Source of the DNA: Candidatus Puniceispirillum sp.
GTDB taxonomy: Bacteria > Electryoneota > RPQS01 > DYHQ01
DNA: 64,000 nucleotides
NCBI GenBank assembly: GCA_020724065.1
Contig: DYHQ01000001.1
Coordinates: forward strand, 26,782 to 90,781
Direction: 5' to 3'
The notes beneath the pieces are model-generated. The model worked only from the letters and a program-made list of their open reading frames with translations. It ran no database searches and was not told the DNA's origin. Each line of letters starts with the position of its first letter. Position 1 is the first letter of the stretch. Shown one piece after another: positions 18,909 to 28,418 of the stretch. The translations under genes were made by a program, and so were the position numbers.

Positions 18909-19682
18909 TTACTCTCCATAGACAAGCACAATTGTTCCCGTGATTTTCGATCCCTCTTGCGTTACTCTCGCCCGAAGGGCATGTTCGCCCGGCGTCAGTC
19001 GCGCCAGCCAGTTCAGTTCGATGTAGCGTCCCTCATTCGCTGGATCCGCGGCGTTCCACTGCCTCATTCGGAGCTGAAAGGACCGACCTTTCATTCCCGA
19101 TGCCGAATCTGTCGGGCTGGCATAGAAGTGCTGACCGGACAAGGTCGTATCGTTGAGATAGACGGCTTCGGGGTATTTGGCCAGAGAGTCATAGGCCAAG
19201 TCATCGAGCCATAGGGAAAGAACGAACCGGTTGTCCGCGACGATGATGAGCGAGTCACGACTGTTACCCATGGCCGTCGTCTCGGCAATCGCTTGACTTA
19301 GACTGTCTCGAGTGGGGATGCCGATGAGGCTGTCTTCATGAGTCCAAGTGGAATCGGCACCCAGCATATCCAGCACCACCAGGTAGCTGGTGATTCTGTC
19401 GGCCGTCGCAGGGAGCCAGATGTTCATAATGGCTTCCATCGAGTCAATAGTACTGTCCGGGTGAATGAAGCCGGCGATCGTCATGCTGGCAGATTCCAAC
19501 AGGTCACCTACTTGAAAGGTGGCACTGAGCGCCTGCACTCCCGAGAGGGCGTCTTCCCAGAGTATGATGGTCTCCGTATTCGCTTGTTCTGAGGAGGCGG
19601 GCGGTGGTGTCCGCGGATCCGCACAGCCGGCCACGAGCAAGGCCACAAGGCACATGAAGAGAAGAAGCTCTAATACTTTCAT
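18909..19682 (-). CDS. Secreted lipoprotein, function unknown
   Basis: Has a lipobox signal peptide (MKVLELLLFMCLVALLVAGC). There is a 3-nt gap to the PorV paralog. Confidence 0.55.
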   Translation of the reverse strand: MKVLELLLFMCLVALLVAGCADPRTPPPASSEQANTETIILWEDALSGVQALSATFQVGDLLESASMTIAGFIHPDSTIDSMEAIMNIWLPATADRITSYLVVLDMLGADSTWTHEDSLIGIPTRDSLSQAIAETTAMGNSRDSLIIVADNRFVLSLWLDDLAYDSLAKYPEAVYLNDTTLSGQHFYASPTDSASGMKGRSFQLRMRQWNAADPANEGRYIELNWLARLTPGEHALRARVTQEGSKITGTIVLVYGE

Positions 19683-19732
19683 AGAGGTCTTTCCTTTCAA
19701 TCGGAATTCGCTTCGTTGCACCAGCCCTTCTT

Positions 19733-21970
19733 TCATTTGATGACAACGAACTTGCCAATATAGCGATCCCAAGGTGTGAACTCGTCCGCTTTGTGTTCGA
19801 CGACATACAGGTAGATGCCGCTCACGATTTCTTGCCTATTTTTGGTGATGAGGTTCCAAGTCTCCTGTTCGGTCCCATTGCAGTGATCGAGAGTGGCCAA
19901 ATGATCTCCCGCCAGGGAGAAAATCTTGATCTTGCATCGCCCCGGCACGCCATTGGCGGGCAAATGCATGAAGTAGAGTTTGCGCGGATATTCAATGAGT
20001 CCCTTCGAGGGATTCACCTCACCGCCAGCTTCGCCAGGGTGAGAGCCCTTGTAGGGATTGGGATAGACATAGATATCGCTCAGGATCGGCGACGCGCCGG
20101 TTGCTTCGGTTCGCACGGTCTTAATCTCTCTGTAATTGCCCGTTCTGGAGGACATCAAGATTCCTGCGCCTTCGACTCCCTTGTCAAAAGCTCTCACCAC
20201 ATAGTAGTAAGTATGACCGGGAATGAGGTCGGTATCATCGAAGTAGTACTGCCCGAGGGAATCAATGTTCGTGGGCATTCCGAGGTTGTAGTTTTGCCAC
20301 TCGAATTCTCCCTCGAGTGTGTCAATGCGATCATAGTAGGCAAGCGCATGCCAATCCTGCTGGTTGAAGGAGCGTTCGATCAGATACCCTTCAAAGTCCA
20401 TGTCCTGCGTGATCGGATCAATGGATTCCTCAGCATTCGGCAACCACGAAATGCGAACCGTATCTGGAGGATGATACCCTACGGTAAAAATCGGCGCATT
20501 TGGTGCCGCAGGGCCTTGAAAATCATTATTGTATAGGCGCAGCGCCCAGTCGGCGTTTTTTGAGCCCTCTGTCGTGTCTCCTCCGGCAATAAAGGCGACT
20601 GTAATCGGGAGCTCCTCGCCCGGCCGAATGATCCATTCTCCTTCACTTGGTCCGAAGCCCAAAAGCATGCGCCAATCCCCCTTTTGCGGCGTGGCCGGAG
20701 CAATAGTACCTGCCGAAATCATGTTGTATTTATCTGCATTCGTTTCGGGGTCGCCGCCAGCCACGCGCTCGAAGTTCGCAAAGGTCACTTCGAGGCTTTC
20801 CAGCGGAACGGGAGTCTGCACCACACGAATGGCGAAGATGCCTGGGGCGGGCCCGTCGTCGTCATTCGGATCATCGTACTGAATCATCATGAGCCGGCCT
20901 GGGTCATAGTAGTTGTAGTCATCAAGGGAGGCCGCATCCCCGCCTTCTCCCCGCGCTCCAATATCGGGATCGGAAAACATGGCCATATAGACATCGCGCA
21001 GGGAAAGCTGCCCGATATTGCGAACTCTGAAATCCAGAAGGATAAACTCGGCTGCATAGTCCTCGGGGTACGCGTAGGTGCGCTGCGAAACCTGGATCTT
21101 GAGAGGGGTATGGCCATCCGCATCGGGGCTGCCTACATAGGTGGCCTCAATGTCGTCTTGATAGACGCAGAAATACTCCTGGACTCCTCGAGCCACACCG
21201 TCTTCGTCAATCTCCCCATCGCCATCGTCGTCCAAAGCCCCGGGGACTTTGTCTCCGTCCAAATCGGGATCTTCAATGTCTACGAGGCCATCGAAGTCAT
21301 TGTCAATGTAGTCGGACGCCATGTCCCCGACGGGATCTTCGTCCATGTGGGTTTCGGGATCGTAGCGCAGATTGCCATCTCCATTGGCGTCCAGACTGTC
21401 TCCGTCCCAATCGGCTGAGGGTTTGCCGTCATTGTCAAGGTCGTCGGCAAGACTCCAATCTCCGTCGTCATCCACACCTTTAGCGCCCTTCACATAGAAT
21501 CGAGGAGGTTCACCCAGTCTCTCGAGCGTCGTTGAAGTGACCACCCAATCGCCAAAATCCGCGGATGAATTCGCCTGAGGATAGGTTCCGATATGGACGG
21601 GATACATTTCGTTCGTTCCATTATCGCCATCGGTGGCCGTCGTAACGAGTCGGCGCTCGTTTGAGATGGCCCCGATCCAGACACCCGAAGAAAACAGGAA
21701 ATCGTTGCCTGAGTTAATGGGGAACTCGAAACCCTTGTACCCGACCGCACCATCGGGATTTCCCTGTTCTCCCCAATTCGCCATGGCCATTCGCACATTC
21801 CCGATATCGTGCATAATCAAAGATTTACGCGCATTGAGATCTGCACTCTGGATAGTCGGAGGCTCGCCGCGGCGCTGCTCAATCACGGTTCGTGCCGAGA
21901 CCAGGACGACGGCGAGGGTTAGAGTGGCCAAGACTCCGGCAACAAAGGGTCTTCCGGAAAGGTTATGCAT
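19733..21970 (-). CDS. T9SS cargo protein with thrombospondin-type-3-like Ca-binding Asp repeats, a fibronectin-III-like region and a C-terminal sorting domain
   Basis: Has a signal peptide. Has DxDxDG runs (DNDGKPSADWDGDSLDANGDGNL, DNDFDGLVDIEDPDLDGD, DDDGDGEIDEDG). The C-terminus is a T9SS CTD (IYVYPNPYKG...GIYLYVVE...KFVVIK). Confidence 0.7.
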   Translation of the reverse strand: MHNLSGRPFVAGVLATLTLAVVLVSARTVIEQRRGEPPTIQSADLNARKSLIMHDIGNVRMAMANWGEQGNPDGAVGYKGFEFPINSGNDFLFSSGVWIGAISNERRLVTTATDGDNGTNEMYPVHIGTYPQANSSADFGDWVVTSTTLERLGEPPRFYVKGAKGVDDDGDWSLADDLDNDGKPSADWDGDSLDANGDGNLRYDPETHMDEDPVGDMASDYIDNDFDGLVDIEDPDLDGDKVPGALDDDGDGEIDEDGVARGVQEYFCVYQDDIEATYVGSPDADGHTPLKIQVSQRTYAYPEDYAAEFILLDFRVRNIGQLSLRDVYMAMFSDPDIGARGEGGDAASLDDYNYYDPGRLMMIQYDDPNDDDGPAPGIFAIRVVQTPVPLESLEVTFANFERVAGGDPETNADKYNMISAGTIAPATPQKGDWRMLLGFGPSEGEWIIRPGEELPITVAFIAGGDTTEGSKNADWALRLYNNDFQGPAAPNAPIFTVGYHPPDTVRISWLPNAEESIDPITQDMDFEGYLIERSFNQQDWHALAYYDRIDTLEGEFEWQNYNLGMPTNIDSLGQYYFDDTDLIPGHTYYYVVRAFDKGVEGAGILMSSRTGNYREIKTVRTEATGASPILSDIYVYPNPYKGSHPGEAGGEVNPSKGLIEYPRKLYFMHLPANGVPGRCKIKIFSLAGDHLATLDHCNGTEQETWNLITKNRQEIVSGIYLYVVEHKADEFTPWDRYIGKFVVIK
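21190..21490 (-). repeat. Asp-rich calcium-binding (TSP3-like) repeat tract inside the cargo gene
   Basis: This stretch encodes DDDGDWS...DNDGKPSADWDGDSLDANGDGN...DNDFDGLVDIEDPDLDGDKVP..DDDGDGEIDEDG. Coordinates are approximate. Confidence 0.5.
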
Positions 21971-21990
21971 GAGCTTCTTTACTCCTCTCC

Positions 21991-24900
21991 TTAGAATTCA
22001 ACTCCGAGGCCCACACGGACAAGTCGTCGGGCATCCCAGGCATCGGGATTCGGTCCCGCTTTGGGATTCAGGCCATAGTTTGGAGAAATATTGTCGTTGA
22101 CATAGCCGGCTCGCCCGTCAAATTCGGAATAGGTATCAATGGTGAAGCGGTTCAGATCCCAGCCAAGAATATTGCGGGCGTTAAAGATATTGCGTATCTC
22201 CAGAAGTAGACGCCAACTCAATTTGCCTATTTTGAATTGCCGCGATGCATCCACATCGGTCGTATAGGACCAAGGCGAGCGTTCCGAGAATTCCAGCCCC
22301 TCGATATCGGTGCCGTTGGCATTCGTCGGCGTGTAGGGCAGACCTGAAAGAGCCTGCGAGAGGATGTTCACACTCCATCCCGTCCTCAACCAAGCGGCCG
22401 AAAACGGCTTGCCCCTTAGCAGGCTGTGTGCGCCGATGTTTGCGACGATGGTGTGCCGGCGATCCCAGGCCAGAGGCGTCTCGCGCTTCGGATCCACATA
22501 GTTGGCTCGCGTGACATCCGACCCAATATCATACGAATTCTTGCCGTTGGCCCATGAAATCGTATAGCTCAAACGCCCCGCAAGGTTCGCTCCATATTGC
22601 TTGGAGACACTGAATTCAAATCCGCGAATCGAGGCATAGTCTGCGTTGTAGTATATTGCTGCGTTTGTGCCAACAATACGCCGACCATAAAGGTCGAAGT
22701 AAAGCTGGTTTTGAGAAGCCGTCTGGATCCAGTTCTTGATGTCTTTGTAATAGGTCGAAACATCCAACAAGAAATCTTTGGCAAACTGGTGACGGACTCC
22801 CAACTCATAGGCAATCGTTTTCATCGGGTCCAGGTTGGGATTTCCAATGATGGGAGTGCCGCCGGTCTGGAGCTGGTTCACCGCCGTAAAATAATAGTCG
22901 AGCCGTGAACGCTGGTAGAAATAGCCGTAGTTGAAATGGAAGACATCCTTCTCGGTCACGCTATAGGAAACGCCAAACCGGGGAGAGAGGTAGACTTTTC
23001 CTTCCTTGGGAGGCGGCTCGTAGTCAATGTAATTCTCCGCTCCTGTCTGAGCAATCGGCTTTTCGATGGTTGAGCCGGCATTCCAGTAGTCCATCCGCAG
23101 TCCCATGTTGACGATGATGTCCCGATATTCCATCTTATCCTGGAGATAAATGGCACCTTGGGACGGGAAGGCATGGTAGACATCCGTGTAGATGCCTTGT
23201 CCTGCATTGTCAATCGTCGGGTAAGGTCGGTCTTCCGCCTTCACATCATAGTAGTTGTATTCGAGCCCGGCTTTGACAAGGTGTCGCGGCGTGACTTGGC
23301 TGGCAAGGTCAAACTTCGCGGTCCAAGTGCCGGACTCGAAGTGTGCCCAGTCGGGAACCAATTGCTGGTAGTTTCCGGCCAGCCCATCGCCAATAATGTG
23401 GAATCCGTTTACATGGTCATAGCTGTTCGAGGGATTGCCGGCGTCATAGAGCCCGTCGCCGTCCTGATCCGAGAAAGGTTCTCCAATGTCGTACCGCTGG
23501 TTGTATTTTCCCAGGGCATTGGGAAGATCCGTGAAGGGTTCACCTGCCGTTCCATATTCGCTTGCAGACTTGTCGGCTCCCGCTAAAGTGCGGCTGGCGC
23601 TGAAAGCGCTGAGTCTGACCGTGTAGAAAGTCTTCTGGTTGACGGTGTGGCTCCAGCCAAGGGATACCTGTTGATCCCGTACGCGGTCGGTTCGTGTGTG
23701 GTCGTTGGCGTTATAGCTGTACGATTGCAGATCCTCGTCAATCAGGCCGTCCAGGTCGTCATCGGCCCAGTTAAGGGCTTCTTCGTCGGTGCGACCATCG
23801 CCGTCATCGTCCTCGCCGAATCGGTTGGCATAGGACGGTGCATCTGAGGCATAGCTTTGGGTGGAGGCCAAGGCCAGCATTCCCAAGGAATCCTCTTCTT
23901 GCGAAAAATCATCCGGGAAAATCCGAGATAGCCGGTACCAATACGGATTCTCCCATTGTTGAGATTGATTCCATCCGAGAGTCACTTTATATGCCTGAGC
24001 GGGGGCGTAGGTCAGTTTCACATTCGACGCGGTGTACGCCTGATTCTTGCGTATGTCCGCTCCGAACAGGTCGGTGACCTGGTGGCGATACCAACGGCTG
24101 GAGTTGATCCAAATGCCGTGCTCATTGGTGTTTCGCGACCGAACATTGCCCGAGGCGAACAGGCTCATGGTTCCGGGAAGGCGTGTGCCAAGACGGGGAA
24201 GAATGTGAGTCGTGATTGGTTCCGGACCCGAGATGGACGCCTCGGAATAGTCATAATCTTGATAATAGCTGTCCCCCGTGTCAAAATCCTTCGCATCGAG
24301 ATCCATCACATGCTGCACTTGTCCGTGGTAAGCTGGTTCGCCTTCGCGGACAACCAGATTCACCACGGCAGACTGCGCTTCACCATATTCGGCATTGTAC
24401 CCTGCCGTAAGGACAATCATCTCGGCGATGGAACCCGACCCAACATCCAGCGAGCGTTGCTGAAATTGCGGGTCCTTGACCTGAAGGCCATCCACCAGAT
24501 AGAGGATTTCGTCTCGACGGCCGCCGCGAATATGGATATTCGTTCCCGTTCCCACAGCACCGGCTGTTGCGGCAAGTGCCTGCTGATAAGTTGTTACAGG
24601 AAGGGCTTCAATTTCTTCCCGAGTAACAATGTGAGTGGACGAGGTGATATCCTTGCGTACGACATCGCGTTCGGCCACAACGGTGACTTCCTCTCCCAGA
24701 AGCACCGTCTGCTCCATCGAAAAGGATTGCTCCGTTGTGAGGTCTTGGACAACCACCACCCCTGTCATGATGATGGTTTTGTATCCGATCGCTGTGGCGC
24801 GCAGGTCACAGGTTCCCGGCAGAACATTGAGAATAAAATATTCGCCGTCAATGTTGGTCGAAGCCCCCTGAGTGGTTCCGACAATAAGGATATTCACTCC

Positions 24901-25029
24901 CGGCAACGGCTCACCGGTCGCCTTGTCTTTGATGACGCCGGCGATCTTTCCGGTGACCGCTCCCATCACCGGCGCACCAAGGACAAAAATGAGCAAGGGT
25001 AAAATCAGAAATAGGATTCGCCTGTTCAC
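21991..25029 (-). CDS. SusC-like TonB-dependent receptor (CarboxypepD_reg domain, plug, beta-barrel)
   Basis: The start was re-chosen as a GTG preceded by AGGAGGT, giving the signal peptide MNRRILFLILPLLIFVLG. Has a CarbopepD_reg domain (GKIAGVIKDKATGEPLPGVNILIVGTTQGASTNIDGEYFI), a plug (THIVTREEIEALPVTT) and the C-terminal ...RVGLGVEF. Acidic DDDGDGRTDEE..DDDLDGLIDED inserts are also present. Confidence 0.8.
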   Translation of the reverse strand: MNRRILFLILPLLIFVLGAPVMGAVTGKIAGVIKDKATGEPLPGVNILIVGTTQGASTNIDGEYFILNVLPGTCDLRATAIGYKTIIMTGVVVVQDLTTEQSFSMEQTVLLGEEVTVVAERDVVRKDITSSTHIVTREEIEALPVTTYQQALAATAGAVGTGTNIHIRGGRRDEILYLVDGLQVKDPQFQQRSLDVGSGSIAEMIVLTAGYNAEYGEAQSAVVNLVVREGEPAYHGQVQHVMDLDAKDFDTGDSYYQDYDYSEASISGPEPITTHILPRLGTRLPGTMSLFASGNVRSRNTNEHGIWINSSRWYRHQVTDLFGADIRKNQAYTASNVKLTYAPAQAYKVTLGWNQSQQWENPYWYRLSRIFPDDFSQEEDSLGMLALASTQSYASDAPSYANRFGEDDDGDGRTDEEALNWADDDLDGLIDEDLQSYSYNANDHTRTDRVRDQQVSLGWSHTVNQKTFYTVRLSAFSASRTLAGADKSASEYGTAGEPFTDLPNALGKYNQRYDIGEPFSDQDGDGLYDAGNPSNSYDHVNGFHIIGDGLAGNYQQLVPDWAHFESGTWTAKFDLASQVTPRHLVKAGLEYNYYDVKAEDRPYPTIDNAGQGIYTDVYHAFPSQGAIYLQDKMEYRDIIVNMGLRMDYWNAGSTIEKPIAQTGAENYIDYEPPPKEGKVYLSPRFGVSYSVTEKDVFHFNYGYFYQRSRLDYYFTAVNQLQTGGTPIIGNPNLDPMKTIAYELGVRHQFAKDFLLDVSTYYKDIKNWIQTASQNQLYFDLYGRRIVGTNAAIYYNADYASIRGFEFSVSKQYGANLAGRLSYTISWANGKNSYDIGSDVTRANYVDPKRETPLAWDRRHTIVANIGAHSLLRGKPFSAAWLRTGWSVNILSQALSGLPYTPTNANGTDIEGLEFSERSPWSYTTDVDASRQFKIGKLSWRLLLEIRNIFNARNILGWDLNRFTIDTYSEFDGRAGYVNDNISPNYGLNPKAGPNPDAWDARRLVRVGLGVEF

Positions 25030-25204
25030 CTCAACACCTCCTGCACTATGGGTTGCTCCGGTCAGTGCATGATTGAATCGCAAGGCTCTTTCGTTCGTCG
25101 CAGTTTGGAATGGATGGAACAAAGAAATTCCGGTCTGGGGCAAGGCAGTCTACCTTGCCCCAGATTCGAGTCACCACAAAAATGAGAGAGTCTTGTCTCT
25201 CGTG

Positions 25205-27214
25205 TTACTTCAGCACAACCATCTTTCGGCTCTCGCTGAAACCGTTGGCCGAAAGCCTGTAGATATAGATGCCGCTGGTTAGATTGGAGGCATCGAACGG
25301 AATCGAATAGGAGCCGGCGTGCAACCGCTCATCGAGCAGCGTCGCCACTTCCTGGCCCAGCGTGTTGTAGACCTTCAGCTCCACCTGAGTCGGCAAGGCC
25401 ACATCGAATTTGATGGTCGTCGTCGGGTTGAACGGATTCGGGAAATTGCCGTAGAGGGTGTAGACGGTCGGCTGTGCCGGATGCGGATAGCGCTTGACAT
25501 CCAACCACACATGGCCGGCAACGACCGCGTGTTCTGCATGTGCCGAGTAGTTCATCACGACATCATAGGCGTCACAATAGAACCAGATGGTGTCGCCGTC
25601 AGCGACCTGAGCACCGTCAAAATGCGTATCCGGAACGGTGAAGTAGTAGGTCCCTGAGAAAGTCTCGGGATCGGTCCATGAATAGCTATCAGGGTTGGCG
25701 TAATTCCATTCGGCTCCGTGAGTATTGCTCATCCAGTTCACCAAGATATTGCCTCCGTCATAGTCAACTCCCGTCGCATCCGAAAAGTCTGCGCTGACGA
25801 CATAGGGGCCGAGGGAAGTGGGAGGTGTGACCAATGTCTGATTGGCAATCACGGGACCCTCGAGGTCCGACTGTCCATATTGAGCGCAGAAAGTGATATA
25901 GGCCACGCCCATTTGGCCGCCATCCAATTGGCACTGCTCAATGAAACCGCCGACCAAGCCATCTTCGAAAATGTCCCAGAGCTTCCAGCCGCCGGCCCAA
26001 GTGGCTCCGCCGTCGGTCGAGTAGTTCACCCAGAGCCCTTCCGGAGTAAACTGACCCCAGACATTGCACATCGCGATTGCATTACTGCCACTGAAATAGC
26101 CTTGGTGCACATAGAGAAGGTCGCGGGTTCCGTCATACAGGAGGGAATCAAGGAAGGTTCTTCCCGTCCAAGAGCCTCCGTTGTAGCCGAGTTCGTCGAA
26201 GGCATACCAATTCTTGTGGTAGGCGCCGGTCGCAGGAACGCCGGCGTTGGAGAATATCCACGGCATTTGACCTGTGGGGTCAGCCGCCGAGGATGGATAG
26301 CGCTGCGCACCGGCAATCGTGGAGCCGCCGAAAGTCGAGCCTTGATCCATTGACAAATAGACGGCTGTTGCCGATACATCCGAGTTTCGGAAGCAGCCGA
26401 AGAGGGCGTTGTTGTCCACATCATAGGCCATGGGCATACAGGCTCCAATGTAGTAGCTGTATTCGGTTCCGGAGTAGTCATTTGGGTCGTAGATGGTCGC
26501 CGTGCCCGCCATGGATGTTGGGAAGCGAGCGAAGTATTGGTTGCGATCCCCGTCCGCATCCTGGAAAATGAAGAAGAAGTTGTTGGCGCTCGCCTTCTCC
26601 GCCAAGTGCGGATACTGGGCTGTTGCATGAATGGTTGGCTCGGTCGCCACTACGACCAACGCACTCCAGTTTGCGCCATGATCCGTGGACTTGGAGGCCC
26701 AGAAGGTCGTATTCTCACGGGCATCTGTTCCCCATATGAGGCAGTACAGATTGCCGGAGGGGTCAATGGCCGCACTCGCCCAGGAGAAGGTGTTGGTTCC
26801 CTGAGCGGCGATGAGTGTCTCCACCCAGTCTGTTCCGCCATTCGTCGTGTGGACATCGTAGACTCCGTCGTCTGCGGCGCTTGCATGGGTGTTGATTACC
26901 CCGAAGTAATGGAGATTGTTCTGATCATCGCACAGGCTGCCGAAGTCATACATCTCGGAGTTCCAACCTGTCAGATCGGACAAGTCCCCCGCCTGCCGGA
27001 TATCGGACCAGGTGTGACCATAGTCGGTGGTTTTCACATACCGATACTGAATTTCATTCTGATCAAGGTGTCCGTTCCCTTGGCAGGGTAGCCGGACAGC
27101 CTTTTCATGGTTCCCAGGAAGGGCCTTCGGATTGGGGAGAGCCCAAGCAGAAACGACAAGCATCAAACCGATTCCCAGAGCCAGCGCGAGGAAGATGGTT
27201 CCTTTTTTGGTCAT
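25205..27214 (-). CDS. BNR/Asp-box (sialidase-like) repeat protein with a T9SS C-terminal sorting domain. It is the first gene of the minus-strand operon.
   Basis: Has a signal peptide. Has multiple SxDxGxTW Asp-boxes (TTDYGHTWS, STDHGANWS, SMDQGSTFG, STDGGATWA). The CTD is FPNPFNPTTTIKFDV...KVYNTLGQEVATLLDE...GIYIYRLSA...MVVLK. Confidence 0.75.
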   Translation of the reverse strand: MTKKGTIFLALALGIGLMLVVSAWALPNPKALPGNHEKAVRLPCQGNGHLDQNEIQYRYVKTTDYGHTWSDIRQAGDLSDLTGWNSEMYDFGSLCDDQNNLHYFGVINTHASAADDGVYDVHTTNGGTDWVETLIAAQGTNTFSWASAAIDPSGNLYCLIWGTDARENTTFWASKSTDHGANWSALVVVATEPTIHATAQYPHLAEKASANNFFFIFQDADGDRNQYFARFPTSMAGTATIYDPNDYSGTEYSYYIGACMPMAYDVDNNALFGCFRNSDVSATAVYLSMDQGSTFGGSTIAGAQRYPSSAADPTGQMPWIFSNAGVPATGAYHKNWYAFDELGYNGGSWTGRTFLDSLLYDGTRDLLYVHQGYFSGSNAIAMCNVWGQFTPEGLWVNYSTDGGATWAGGWKLWDIFEDGLVGGFIEQCQLDGGQMGVAYITFCAQYGQSDLEGPVIANQTLVTPPTSLGPYVVSADFSDATGVDYDGGNILVNWMSNTHGAEWNYANPDSYSWTDPETFSGTYYFTVPDTHFDGAQVADGDTIWFYCDAYDVVMNYSAHAEHAVVAGHVWLDVKRYPHPAQPTVYTLYGNFPNPFNPTTTIKFDVALPTQVELKVYNTLGQEVATLLDERLHAGSYSIPFDASNLTSGIYIYRLSANGFSESRKMVVLK

Positions 27215-27573
27215 GGTATTACCTCTCTATTCTTGGTGGTTAGTGAATGCTGTTTGCCTCACGGCTCTGTGTCAGGGAGCAGGGCATGGAGGCCTGAATG
27301 ATTGTGTAATATCTGAATTGTCAAATACTTAGAATCTATACCGACTCTGACTTCGTGTTCGGGTGTTCCTCTCGCATACTGAGCCGCATAGCAATCACTA
27401 TAAATAAAGCAATGGAAAGTAGAAAGTCAAGCAAAAAACTCTAAAATTTTATGGCAATTTGCATCCCCAGGGTCTTTGAACAACAGGCTTAGGCGACCGA
27501 GGGGTGTTGCCGTGCATGGGTTTGGCGGACCACTCTCAGGCGGTGGTGGAAGGATGAGTGGAACGAGAATAAC

Positions 27574-27602
27574 TTGACTATCAAAGATTTTATCTGTATA
27601 AT
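27574..27602 (+). promoter_or_regulatory. Sigma70-like promoter for ecfT and the downstream housekeeping genes
   Basis: TTGACT, 17-nt spacer, TATAAT. It lies about 40 nt upstream of the TTG start at 27641. Coordinates are approximate. Confidence 0.5.
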
Positions 27603-27640
27603 TTGTTGTCAAAATTCTTGTTTGATTTCCTGGAGACGCC

Positions 27641-28396
27641 TTGAGTCAGCCGCTTGTTTTTGCACTTGATGCCCGCACGAAACTCGGAGTGGCTGCTGTC
27701 CTTATCATGGGGCTACTCCTGGTTGACGACGCAATTGCGTTGGCTATTTTCGCTGCACTTCTCATCGTGACGGGGGCCTTTGCGCGGGTTCCCTTTCGTC
27801 TCGTTGTCCTCGCATGGCTTGCTCTTTGGCCGGTTCTCCTTCTGACGGTCTTGATTCATGGATTGATAGGTCCTTCGTCAGGGCAGATACTTGCGCACTT
27901 GGGCGGCCTCACGATAACTACAGGGGGATTATCCCGCGGGGTGCTCTTTGCCTTTCGTTTCATGCTTTTCGTGTTCATTTCGCGTCTCGCGCTGCACATC
28001 GGCCGCGGCGAAGAGTATGGGCGCGCTGTTGCCAAGTTGCTTGCACCACTTCGGCGCTTTCGGTTACCCGTCGGCGAAATCGAGCTTGTTCTTAGCGTCG
28101 CCTTTCGCTTGATTCCGATTCTGGAGCATGAGGCTGGCCGATTGATTCTGGCTAATCGAGCACGCGGCATCGTTACGGGCTGGGTAGGCAAGATTCGACA
28201 GCTACCGGCTCTTCTTGTCCCTCTCTTCGTCGGAGCCTTCCGGCGTGCCGATGCGTTGGCCATTGCCATGGAAGCCCGGGGTTTCGCAGTCGGTGCTCCC
28301 CGTTCATCCTATATACGAGCACATTTTGGGTTGCTCGACCTCTTGGCACTGGCCTTTGCGGTCGGTGGGACCGCGTTGGCAATCGTCCTCTCATAA
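27641..28396 (+). CDS. ecfT: ECF transporter transmembrane (T) component
   Basis: Has the CbiQ/EcfT topology and the conserved ARG..ME.RG region (ANRARGIV...AIAMEARGF). Starts with TTG. Confidence 0.75.
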   Translation: MSQPLVFALDARTKLGVAAVLIMGLLLVDDAIALAIFAALLIVTGAFARVPFRLVVLAWLALWPVLLLTVLIHGLIGPSSGQILAHLGGLTITTGGLSRGVLFAFRFMLFVFISRLALHIGRGEEYGRAVAKLLAPLRRFRLPVGEIELVLSVAFRLIPILEHEAGRLILANRARGIVTGWVGKIRQLPALLVPLFVGAFRRADALAIAMEARGFAVGAPRSSYIRAHFGLLDLLALAFAVGGTALAIVLS

Positions 28397-28418
28397 GCCA
28401 TAGCTTCAGGGCTCCGTG

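Noticed and set aside
27290-27330. A candidate minus-strand promoter for the BNR/TBDR/PorV operon (TTGACA on the minus strand at about 27319..27324)
   Set aside because: No acceptable -10 hexamer occurs 16 to 18 nt downstream on the minus strand, so no promoter call was made for this operon.
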